20,000 bases of DNA, taken from contig NOWV01000209.1 in the NCBI GenBank assembly GCA_003344405.1, positions 107,656 to 127,655 of the forward strand. The letters run 5' to 3'. This document shows positions 8,308 to 18,571 of the stretch, piece after piece (within the stretch, counting starts at the first letter, position 1; each line of letters starts with the position of its first letter). The notes below the pieces were generated by a model that was not told the DNA's origin, made no database searches, and worked only from the letters and a program-made list of their open reading frames with translations. This DNA comes from Trichoplax sp. H2. Its lineage: Eukaryota. A program made the translations under genes and the position numbers.

Positions 8308-10458
8308 ATGAATTCAAATGTTTCTAAATTACTAACCACGATTGCTACTTTGCTATTGCTAGCTTCCATTAGTCTAGCAAAAAGTGAGGACCAAATCAAG
8401 CGACATCTTACCAATTATCAACTCCACTCGCCTATCAAGGCTTATTTCGACTATAATCGATCCTCATGTCGTGGCCAATTTAACTTCTCTGTGGCCAATA
8501 AAACGATACTCTTATCCATCAGACCTTCACAGAATGTCTCATGGAATCGAAATAACAGCCAAAATTGTGCCATCTTGCCTACTAGTGTTGTTGGAAAAGT
8601 AACTAATAATTCACAATCATACGTCGATGGAATAGTGACAAACCATGGAGAATTTTACGGAAAAATCGCAATAGGACGTGGAAAATTTACAAAGATTTAT
8701 TATGTTGATTCTTGGTTTAGTGACCATGATGATGAAAGATATGCATTAATATATAGTTTTGCAGACTTGATTCCATATCAATATCGTAGTGGAACTGCCA
8801 GGTATGGTATTCTGACTGAAAGTATTGAAAATCTTGACAAATATCTTGCTACAGATCAGGATCTTTCGCTTTTGGAAGAAGACAGTGATGAGATGTTTAT
8901 ACAATCAAAGGTGTCGCCTAATAGACTAGACGATTCTCCTCTCAACTGGAAATCAGGTCCTCTCCAAGTTAAGAAAAAAATTTGCAAGCTGCTAGCCATT
9001 TCTGATGCTAGCTTTACTGTTAGCTACCATAATAACAAACCAGTCATTGAAGCAGCTTTATGGAATATTGTTCTAGCAGGGAATAAATTGATCCAATCCT
9101 TGTCTGTGGATGATGACCATTACATTAGGGACGAAATAGAATTTCAACTGGATAGCGTTCAAATTGAAGAGCCAGATTGGTACGTCAATGATGCGGGGCA
9201 GGAAGATAGCTCAGATCCTATGGAATATTTACTGCAACGTTCTCGGCTAAATTACAACGATTACTGCTTAGTTATTGTACTTACTAATCGTGAATTCACT
9301 AACCACGAAAACAGTATCAGTTGGACTCATGGAACAAAAAACTTTGGTCTATGTTCACCTTACCAGCAGCATCCTACTGTTCAAGAAATGATATCGGGAA
9401 ATGTAATGATTATCAGTCGAAAAAGTCTCAATTCTACTCTGCCTCAAGCCATGATAGAGAATGAATTTATTCAAGAATTAGCTATTGCCACTGGTCTATG
9501 GCACGAAGATAGAGAATGCTTAGATAAAAGCACGACTAAAGCTATTTTAGCTCAAACTAATCCATGCGATAAGCAATCTATTCTCACTACTCTACGTGAT
9601 CGATTGAATACATGTTCCAGGAAACAGTTACTTGATGTAAATGTTGCCTCCAATCAATGTGGCAATGGTAGAATTCAACCTGGTGAAGAATGCGATTGCG
9701 GCGCAAAAGAAGATTGTTCAGACAGTTGTTGTGATGCAGAAACTTGCAAACTGATAACGTCGAGTCAATGTAGTCCAAGCCAAGGTCCTTGTTGTAATCC
9801 AGATTCATGCATGTTTTATAATGTATCGGAAGAAATTGCTTGTCTCCATGAAGAAGAATGCTATCATAGCAGTTTATGTGATGGCAAGACACACGGTTCG
9901 GTTTGCCCTCCACCAAAAACGAAGCCTGATTCAACGCTATGTGAAGGTAATAGAAAGACGTGCCAAAATGGAGAATGTTCAGGATCTTTATGCTTACAAT
10001 ATGGTCGTCAAGCATGCGAGTGCCAAGTGAAGGAGAAATCTTGCCATCTATGCTGTTGGAATGAAAACACAAAGACTTGTCAAAGTATTTCCGACTATCC
10101 AGAATATGATAAGTTGCCTGGAATGTACAAGCCAGAAGGAAGCAACTGTGGAAATGGTAGTGGAATTTGCAATTGGGACGGACATTGTATACCTCCAGTT
10201 CGAATTGGAGCTAGTTTTATTAGTGTCATTTTACGTAAGCTATTGCGGTATTTAGGTAGAGCTCTTTTGGCAGCCATGTTAGCATTCCTTGCTACTACCC
10301 TCCTTATTTACTACATGCTATATAATGAGCCTTTCTTTTTCGCTTTACTGTTTCTGACGTCTGTCGGTTTTGGATATTTTCTGAACAAGAAATTATTTAC
10401 TACTTGCCAATCGGCCAAGGATGAAGATCAAAATAGTGAAGAGCGCTTACGAGTATGA
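8308..10458 (+). CDS. ADAM10/ADAM17-subfamily disintegrin-metalloprotease-like membrane protein, predicted catalytically inactive, intronless
   Basis: Signal peptide (LLTTIATLLLLASISLA). Prodomain motifs VDGIV..GEFYGKI..YYVD..LIYSFAD. M12B domain start ICKLLAISDASF (cf. ADAM17 TCKLLVVADHRF). Disintegrin CGNGRIQPGEECDCG...CSPSQGPCC (ADAM10-type). Cys-rich CLQYGRQACEC..CHLCC..EGSNC...GICNWDGHC. C-terminal hydrophobic helices. The zinc motif reads QELAIATGLWHED instead of HExxHxxGxxHD. Confidence 0.95.
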   Translation: MNSNVSKLLTTIATLLLLASISLAKSEDQIKRHLTNYQLHSPIKAYFDYNRSSCRGQFNFSVANKTILLSIRPSQNVSWNRNNSQNCAILPTSVVGKVTNNSQSYVDGIVTNHGEFYGKIAIGRGKFTKIYYVDSWFSDHDDERYALIYSFADLIPYQYRSGTARYGILTESIENLDKYLATDQDLSLLEEDSDEMFIQSKVSPNRLDDSPLNWKSGPLQVKKKICKLLAISDASFTVSYHNNKPVIEAALWNIVLAGNKLIQSLSVDDDHYIRDEIEFQLDSVQIEEPDWYVNDAGQEDSSDPMEYLLQRSRLNYNDYCLVIVLTNREFTNHENSISWTHGTKNFGLCSPYQQHPTVQEMISGNVMIISRKSLNSTLPQAMIENEFIQELAIATGLWHEDRECLDKSTTKAILAQTNPCDKQSILTTLRDRLNTCSRKQLLDVNVASNQCGNGRIQPGEECDCGAKEDCSDSCCDAETCKLITSSQCSPSQGPCCNPDSCMFYNVSEEIACLHEEECYHSSLCDGKTHGSVCPPPKTKPDSTLCEGNRKTCQNGECSGSLCLQYGRQACECQVKEKSCHLCCWNENTKTCQSISDYPEYDKLPGMYKPEGSNCGNGSGICNWDGHCIPPVRIGASFISVILRKLLRYLGRALLAAMLAFLATTLLIYYMLYNEPFFFALLFLTSVGFGYFLNKKLFTTCQSAKDEDQNSEERLRV

Positions 10459-10536
10459 TTGGAGATGGGCGCTTGCTTGCTTACTACCTTCATCCAATTT
10501 GATACAGGTGTAACAATTTTATTTTCAAAAGTAACT

Positions 10537-10542
10537 AATAAA
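10537..10542 (+). terminator. Candidate polyadenylation signal AATAAA of the ADAM-like gene
   Basis: AATAAA ~80 nt downstream of the stop codon. The motif is common in AT-rich DNA. Confidence 0.35.
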
Positions 10543-10931
10543 ATAGATACTGGCGATGAGTTAAAGATAAAGTAAAAGTATTTTAATTTTGCTGGATTAG
10601 AATGTACAGCAATCGTTGCTGTAAAATAATGATACTCTCCATCTTACCAAGCACCCTATTATCAATCGTGTACATCCATGTATAGCCAATGAATCATTTT
10701 TAATGGTGGAAATTAAATGATCCTGCTCTTTATTATGTCAACTGACTGTATCACTTGAAATATGTCTACAGCTCTTGTTTCTCTTCATGTTTGTTCATTT
10801 TTTTTTTTTAATATTGAACTATTGATCTACAATCAGTACAATTTTTATTTTATTATAGAAATGTAATCCATTTATCGTCAGTTTGTACGTGTAGCGGCAT
10901 GAAGACTATTGTATTTAATTATTTAAATAAT

Positions 10932-11571
10932 CTGCAAAGTAAAGTAATAAAAGTAATCCATTTACAACGATGTGCTAATTAAATTGTTGTTATCATGGTC
11001 TATTGGTATATTAACGATCCACGATCAAATATCGCCTGAGTTGGATGATTTAATGTACAAAACTACTTTATAATCATTAAAATACTTCTCTAAGACAAAA
11101 TAATTGTTTGCAGGTTGTGTAGTAAATACTCAACACATTAACAAGTGCATACCCGTTGAAGAAGACAAGGCATAGCAAGTTGGAATTTCATTAGCACCAA
11201 TGTGTATCGAATGATAGCGGCGTAAAGACAGTTGTATTAAATAATATGCAAAGGAAAGTAATAAAGTAATCCATTTACAACGATGTGCTAATTAAATTAC
11301 TGTTATTATGGTCTATTGGTATATTAACGATCCACGATCAAATGTCGCCTGAGTTCGATAATTTAGACTTTATTTAACCTTAAAATAAATATGGCGATAA
11401 TTCGTTGATATCCATATGTTCTTATCATGAAATTAATGGTTAAAACACTTGTCTAAAGATGACAGAGTCCGTAAAGTCTAAATGATTGTTTGCACGTTGT
11501 GTAGTAAATACTCAATACATTGACAAGTGCGTACCCGTTGAAGACAGGGCATAGCAAGTTGGAATTTCATT
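10932..11571. repeat. Direct tandem duplication (~260-bp and ~325-bp copies)
   Basis: TGCAAAG.AAAGTAATAAA(A)GTAATCCATTTACAACGATGTGCTAATTAAATT starts at 10932 and 11247. Both copies end in GGCATAGCAAGTTGGAATTTCATT (~11192, ~11571). The second copy has a longer middle. Confidence 0.92.
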
Positions 11572-11913
11572 GACGACTGTGTTTTTGGGAAGAGTGGGGA
11601 GAAAAGGAGAAATGACATATGTGGCATTGATTGAAATATCGCAATTAGGATCAGTCCTATAACGTGTAAAAAATTAAGATTGCCAATCTCTGCTAAGTAA
11701 ATATGAATATTAACTTATCTTTGGAGGCGTCTTACTAGCATTAATGAAATATTAATGAAGTGTAAATTTAAGAAAAGGATTATGAGCTGGAATGTTTTTA
11801 CCAGATGGGGTGTAATACTATTTCTAAGCCTACATGCACGTAATGTAATATTGCCATAACGTAAAGTAGATAAACCGTGAAATCTATTGTAAGGAATATG
11901 TATGTGGATGACA

Positions 11914-13200
11914 GAGAGTTATTGAGGCAAATATTTTGCGTAAATTTCCTTCATTGGATCTACGCATAGATACAAGCACAATTTTTTATACTCTTTTCGG
12001 TACACGTTAACAGATGTTTAGCGGTAAAACCATATTTTCGTAAATAATTCAATACACATTGGTATCAATAAATCATCCGCTGTTCAATTTTGATATTTCG
12101 CTGAGCGCTATTATTCATATACTTTGATTATTTGCATGCACATCATTCTATGATACAAATCAGATGGTTTCTTTACACCAATGTGTGTTGAGTCGTTCAC
12201 GAAAATGAACATCTTTTGATATATACGATACCAAAAAATGTATAGAAGTTGTATTCATTTCTAGGTTTCATTAAATTAAGGAAAATTTATTGCTTAATGC
12301 TATTTTAAGGCGAAAGTTGGATGGTTTATTTACGCCAACGTGTGTTGAGTCATTCACAAAAATGAATAAAAAAGTTATGCTACTATCTAGGTCCCATTAA
12401 GGAAATTTATTGCTTAAAATGCTATTTTAACGCGAAAGTCGGATGGTTTATTTACGCCAACGTGTGTTGAATCATTCTCGAAAATGAATAAAAATGTAGT
12501 ACTTCTATCTAGGTCCCATTAAGGAAATTTATTGCTTAATGCTATTTTAGCGTAAAAGTCGGATGGTATATTGATACCAATGTATATTGAATGATTCCCT
12601 CAAATGTTGTTTTACCGTTCATTAAACTCCTATCTAGGTCCCATTAAGAAAAGTTATTGCTTAATGCTATTTTATCGTAAAATTCGGATGGTATAATGAT
12701 ACCAATGTGTATTGAATCATTCCCTCAAATGTTCCATTAAATTAAGGACAATTTATTGCTTAATGCTATTTTAAGGCGAAAGTTGGATGGTTTATTTACG
12801 CCAACGTGTGCTGAGTCATTCACAAAAATGAATAAAAAAGTTATGCTACTATCTAGGTCCCATTAAGGAAATTTATTGCTTAAAATACTATTTTAACGCA
12901 AAAGTCGGATGGTTTATTTACGCCAACGTGTGTTTAGTCATTCTCGAAAATGAATAAAAATGTAGTACTTCTATCTAGGTCCCATTAAGGAAATTTATTG
13001 CTTAATGCTATTTTAGCGTAAAAGTCGGATGGTATAATGATACCAATGTGTATTGAATGATTCCCTCAAATGTTGTCTTACCGTTCATGAAATATTTTTG
13101 GATGTGTACTCAAGAGTGTAATAACTTATGTATGCATCTACACGTAGATCCCATGTTTCAACGGCAAATTTCGCGTAAAGTGTTTGCCTTTGTAACTCTC
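11914..13200. mobile_element. Foldback-like element: ~170-bp imperfect inverted arms enclosing a tandem array
   Basis: 11914-12079 is the reverse complement of 13026-13200. Examples: ATTCAATACACATTGGTATCA vs TGATACCAATGTGTATTGAAT, and GAGAGTTATTGAGGCAAATATTTTGCG vs CGCGTAAAGTGTTTGCCTTTGTAACTCTC. No transposase ORF. Confidence 0.65.
12160..13085. repeat. ~120-bp minisatellite with 466-bp four-monomer higher-order repeat
   Basis: CATTAA..GGAAA monomer starts at 12269, 12395, 12517, 12642, 12735, 12861 and 12983 (spacings 126, 122, 125, 93, 126, 122). Monomer variants recur in the same order after 466 bp. Confidence 0.93.
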
Positions 13201-14002
13201 CTTTGATACGTATGGATATATCATACAACAAACTCCGCTCAACATGGGATGGTGTATAGTAAAGAGGGTAATAAGCTCGATTGAAATCCCTTCCAGATGC
13301 TAGGGTTTGATATTCTGTAAATTATTTTTATAGGTTATACCTTGGTCGTTTTTCCGTAAAGTTCTGATGGCCTCTATGAAAATTTCGTTTTACCGTTAAA
13401 CATCAGATGATGTGCAGTAAATAGTACAAAAAGTTACGATATACGGGTATGCACTGTTGTAGTTCTTAATTCAGGAAAAATCGCTTGGAATATCCCCTTC
13501 CATGACTATTTTTGGGACACAAACTACAGTATATGGCCCACTTTCGCCGGCTACGTGCATTCTCGTACAGTACTTTCGTTATTGTCCACTTTGACTTGTT
13601 TCTAATTTTACTGTACTGTTTATTGATTCGTATTATGGGTAGTGGATTGATATTCCAGTCTTTTGTGGCATTCGCTCTAGTGATTGACAAGGCATATATA
13701 CCGTGAAAATTTATTTAACCTTAATTAACCTGCTGTCTTCTAGGTACTCACTGTAAGATGTTAATTGGCATGTTACTTTTATCTTACGTTTGTCGAATGG
13801 CTAAATATGTAATGTAGGACAGACGAGCAATTTACTTTTAACGTTATTGGAGAGTACTGGATTGTAGGTAGCAATTTTTAAGATAGAGTTAAAACGGTGC
13901 AATATGTTTTATAGCCCATGATTATCGTGCTTATGAATGCTAGAAATAAGGTTCGATAACTCTCTTTCTGCCTAGCATTATTTTGATATTACTCTACTAC
14001 AG

Positions 14003-14408
14003 GAAAATGGTATATTATTTTGCGCAGCCTTCCAGTAATTGTAGCTATTGGAAGTTGGTATGGTAGCTTGAGAATGATACCATTATTAGATCTATTAACC
14101 AGTGTAATACTTAGCATAGCAATCACTGCCTTATTACGCTTCTTTATTTGAACTATTTTGCTCATATCTGGCAAGAATTTATCGCTATCGTTACTATGAC
14201 TCATTGCAAATAGGTCCAATGGGCATACGAACGCATGTACTTGTATAGGGTATAGGGGACTGGATGCTTGCAGAATACTGCGTAATCGCTCCATAACGGA
14301 AATGAATAAATATCAAGACTGTTTGAACGGTCGTAAATTGCGCCATTTATTGAAAGCAACGAATCATTCCCTACCAGAACCATCGCCAAAGGGTTTCACG
14401 AAATTAAG
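14003..14408 (+). other. Possible exons of an unidentified spliced gene or gene relic (14003-14057 and 14214-14408)
   Basis: CAG|...TG|GTATGG and TAG|G...AAG|GTATGA boundaries join in phase to give GKWYIILRSLPVIVAIGSW-SNGHTNACTCIGYRGLDACRILRNRSITEMNKYQDCLNGRKLRHLLKATNHSLPEPSPKGFTKL. No recognisable family. Confidence 0.2.
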
Positions 14409-15256
14409 GTATGATGACCAAGACTACGGATATCATTTTGTATTTTTGGAAGCCCTTTTGACATCATTACAATATGCTGTGTGCATAGCCTAAAATTTTT
14501 TCAGCTGTTTTGAAGTACTATTCTTGCATTGATTCGATACTGTTGTAAATATTGATTAGAAAAGGAGGTAAGTTTATTGGTTTTTTCTTGCCTTTCCTAT
14601 ATGTAGAGTAGTGTCTCCATATTGTATTCTCGTCATCAATGTCATGGGTTAATGTGTCCACTACCAATTTAATCATGTACAGTAGTAGTATATTTTTAAG
14701 CGTTGGGAGACTATGTGGAATGAAGTTTGGCAATGGTATTTTTTTCGTACGTTATTAAAGTAAAAGTATACCTCACTATGATTACAAGGCTATTATGTCC
14801 CATTTTAAAAGATTAAGGCTCAATTTTACTACGCTGTCTAGTGATTGAAGTATATATAATTTGCTGTGATACTTATTGTTGAGGAAATTACAGGTTCAAA
14901 TGGGAGATGTGCTAAGTAGATTGATATACGCGTTTAATGTGGTTAATTTTATAGAGATCCGGTGATAGTTTTGCACGCAATGCGCTATAACAAAACATAT
15001 CGTTGATAGACTGCTGTATCAGGAACTACTAAAAGTAAAAGAGGGTCACTACAAAATAATAGATGGACGCTTATCATTTTTGGGGGAAAAAATCAGCCCA
15101 TCCTTCTCGTTTTAGTAGTCCAGTATATCGACACGTATACCCCAATATACTGTATATTATTATTTTTGATTTTTGAATCCATATGTGTACGCGTCTATTA
15201 TTTAGTCGATATGATTTGATGTGTTGCATTTGTATTGAAGTTGAGTAAGTAATGCA

Positions 15257-15455
15257 TAATATTTCGCTTGTAATAACTTCTGTCAGACTAATCTAGACAG
15301 TACTATAAAAGTTAGCCATAACTAATTTTTAAATCAAATATACCGTATTAGATATAGTTAGTCAATGTCTTTCGACGTCTAATATTGCGCTTGTAATGAC
15401 TTCTCCGATTGATCTACTCGTATACTGTCGAGGTTAGGTGCAACTGACTTTGAAA
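15257..15455. repeat. Degenerate two-copy direct repeat (~122-bp period)
   Basis: TAATATTTCGCTTGTAATAACTTCT...ATCTA...TACTATAAAAGTTAG at 15257 vs TAATATTGCGCTTGTAATGACTTCT...ATCTA...TACTGTCGAGGTTAG at 15379. Confidence 0.6.
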
Positions 15456-15779
15456 ATATAGGTAGACTGTGTACTCATGATTTTAGTAAATGGCTTTTGC
15501 TGTGTTGGATTTTATCTTCCTCTACTGATTGAATTTTATGTTGAAAATATCTCCTACTGCGCTAATTATGGTCAGCTAAGTGATCCTTCAGAACTATGAC
15601 CTACGGAGATGAATTGTATATGGTAATATTGATTAGATGTTTTTTTCAATTGAAATTGACAATGCGTTTCATGTGTTTATTAGATCAGGATGACCGATGA
15701 AGGGATATGAATATGATGGCAAGGCGGTAAGATTTCTATTTTGTACAGTATGTGTAGTTGATGTATCTTCATCTATATA

Positions 15780-16627
15780 ATATAATTCATTATTAGACGG
15801 ATAGTTTGAGTTGGTGATTATTTATGATTATCATTATTTTGGAGAGGGTTGTTGATTATGAGGCAATTTGATGTAAGTTAATGTCTATAATTAGTTATTA
15901 GATAGCTAGTTTGAGATGTTGTTGATTGATTATGATTATCATGATTTTAGAGAGGGTTGTTGATTATGAGGCAATTTCACGTATGTTAATGTAGCATATA
16001 TAATTAGTTATTAGATAGATAGCTTGAGTTGGTGATGTTGTTGATTATGAGGCAATTTGATGTATGTTAATGTCTATAATTAGTTGTTAGAGAGATAGTT
16101 TGAGTGGGTGATGTTGTTGATTGATTATGATTATCATGATTTTAGAGAGCGTTGTTGATTATGAGGCAATTTCACGTATGTTAATGTAGCATATATAATT
16201 AGTTATTAGATAGATAGCTTGAGTTGGTGATGTTGTTGATTATGAGGCAATTTGATGTAAGTTAATGTCTATAATTGGTTATTAGATAGCTAGTTTGAGA
16301 TGTTGTTGATTGATTATGATTATCATGATTTTAGAGAGGGTTGCTGATTATGAGGCAATTTCACGTATGTTAATGTAGCATATATAATTAGTTATTAGAT
16401 AGATAGCTTGAGTTGGTGATGTTGTTGACTATGAGGCAATTTCATGAATGTCAGTGCATAGAATTAGCTATTAGAGAGATAGTTTGAGTTGGTGATTGAT
16501 TATGATTATCATGATTTTAGAGAGGGTTGTTGATTATGAGGCTATTTCATGTATGTTAACGTATATAATTAGTTATTAGAGAGATAGCCTGAGTTGGTGA
16601 CATTGTTGACTGATTGTGATTATCATG
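15780..16627. repeat. G/T-rich tandem array with alternating long (105-114 bp) and short (81 bp) monomers
   Basis: GA(T/C)TATGAGGC at 15854, 15962, 16043, 16157, 16238, 16346, 16427 and 16532 (spacings 108, 81, 114, 81, 108, 81, 105). Confidence 0.95.
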
Positions 16628-16750
16628 TCCTATTCAAAGCAACGTTGAGCTATTGCCTGCGCGTATAGTGCTATCTATACACGCATGATCCAGTCTATTC
16701 CATGGTGGCGCCATTACCGTAGTATTGCAGCAAAAAGTTATTGATGCTGG

Positions 16751-16848
16751 CAGGGATTACTCCACTACAGATTGTCCCTCAAAAGCCGTAGCTAATAAAC
16801 TTTTTCGTTACGGCTTTTGAGGGAGAATTTTGAGTGGAGTAGTCTCTG
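16751..16848 (+). other. Long hairpin (~42-bp arms, 14-nt loop); structured RNA or MITE relic
   Basis: CAGGGATTACTCCACTACAGATTGTCCCTCAAAAGCCGTAGC (16751-16792) pairs with GTTACGGCTTTTGAGGGAGAATTTTGAGTGGAGTAGTCTCTG (16807-16848), with 4 G:U pairs and 3 other mismatches. Confidence 0.8.
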
Positions 16849-18571
16849 TTGATATATGGTTAAGCATATAGTTTATACTGTCACGACAGTACGGTAATTT
16901 TGCATTTGTGGATGAAATAGTCCAGGGTAGTATTGCCGAGCTCATTTTCCATGCGTTGGTAATGCACTGCGTGGAACAATCTATTCAGTGTTGATTGTCA
17001 CTGGTTAGAGACATGATTTTATTTTGGCCGGTAGTCCAATAGCGGAGTCGATATGGTGATGCAGCAATGGAGGAGATACACCGTTTACTGCAGAGGAAAC
17101 GACGACAAACACTGTATACGATCGTTTTCCTTGTGGCCATTTTGGCGGCGCAGTCCAAATGCAAAGCATAATGCAAGTGGTCGCACACGTTGGATACCAG
17201 CTGTGTCAGAAGTATAGTACATTAAGATTACCTTCTCATCATCCATTTGGAATAACCCCTTTGTAAAGCTATTTCAACAAAGTAGACTACAAGTTGAAGT
17301 CATTGCTTGAGCAATTAGCCCCTGAATTTGAAAAGATTTGTTGTTTGTTGGCATTGCTGCTTGCCACCATTTTTTCTTTCTTTCCTTTTGACCTCTTGCG
17401 CAGCCACAACAGGACGTCAGGATGTCGTGACGCTCCACGTGTGTGCTCTTAGTATGATGTAACCGTTACAGCAATACAAACTCGACTTGTTGGAGGGTTG
17501 GTTTGCGTTGCCGTATGATGACTCAGTGACTATGGACACGTACGGCAACGTCAACATGGCTCCGCTTTCTTCTCCATCACTGTGCTGCGATCCTCAGACT
17601 CATCATGTGGTTTGATTCTTTTGGTTTTGGGGGGGGGGGGGACTGTTCATTTCTGAATCTATTTCCAGATGAGTACAGCATGGAGGACTCCGACTAGCAT
17701 AGTCATGTCGAAGTACTGTACAGTGTACCGTAAGTTGGACTGGGCGAATGGAAAGAGACCAAGTCAATCCTGTAGTCAACATGGACGTCGAGTGATAGGC
17801 ACTTGTACTGTAGCTTTACCATACTGAAGTTGTTCTCTAGCCGTTCTGTGAATGATGATGGCGAGAGAAAGTGTTGAAAATGAGCACAGTACTGCAGGAA
17901 GGGTAGAAGAGAACTTGTACGGCGGGCGGTAATGATTGATTTCTTTCTCGATCATTGTCAAAATGTGGACTACTCAGTAGTGGCATTGCAATCAGGAAAA
18001 TGCAAAGTCCACCCGAAACCCGACTTGCGGGATTCGGCTGGAGTATCGGTGTAGTAATACAGTGTTTGTATAGGGGATTGTCGTCATTTGGGTTTGCAAA
18101 AAGGAACCGTTGGATCGGGTTTGAGCGGGTTCGGGTTGCCTTTTGACTCCATTGTACAACCCTGAATGCAATCAACATGATTGCTGCACTACTACTACTG
18201 AGTACAGTAGAATGATGCATCGTTTGGGTTTTCTTTTGTTGTACTCTATACTGTATAGTAGAAGATTCCTTGATGGTTTTAGGCAGAGATCGAGAAAAAA
18301 AAAGGAAGCGTTTTTTTTTTTCTTTTTTTTCTGACCTCGATGATTTTACCGGATGATGAAATGACAATGTCAACAATGGAGAGTACAGTACCATGCGGGT
18401 CCTGTCCCTTGCAGTACTGTGCACTGTACACTGTAGAGGATGAACTGTGTGCACAGTACTGTACTTACTGTATGTTACTTACTATGTGGAACTTGCTGTC
18501 CACTGTAGCAGTGGATACTGGATTTTGGGAGCCGAGCATCACGCTGTATTTGGGCCACATGCGAGCGCCAA

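Noticed and set aside
8091..10277. Alternative-frame and antisense ORFs overlapping the ADAM gene (8091-8414, 8384-8602, 9587-10072, 9821-10030, 10061-10255, 10095-10277)
   Set aside because: Shadow ORFs of a real CDS with no recognisable motifs.
13466..14733. Short ORF-track entries on both strands (62-101 aa) as stand-alone genes
   Set aside because: No motifs, several rely on non-ATG starts, and their lengths are compatible with chance.
17629..17641. G13 homopolymer as a G-quadruplex element
   Set aside because: A single homopolymer run that may be a sequencing or assembly artefact. It is mentioned only as a possible junction marker.
17776..18454. 205-aa and 61-aa minus-strand ORFs
   Set aside because: Low-complexity sequence that crosses poly-T/poly-A runs and CAGTA motifs, with no recognisable domain. 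A decayed TE ORF cannot be excluded but is unsupported.
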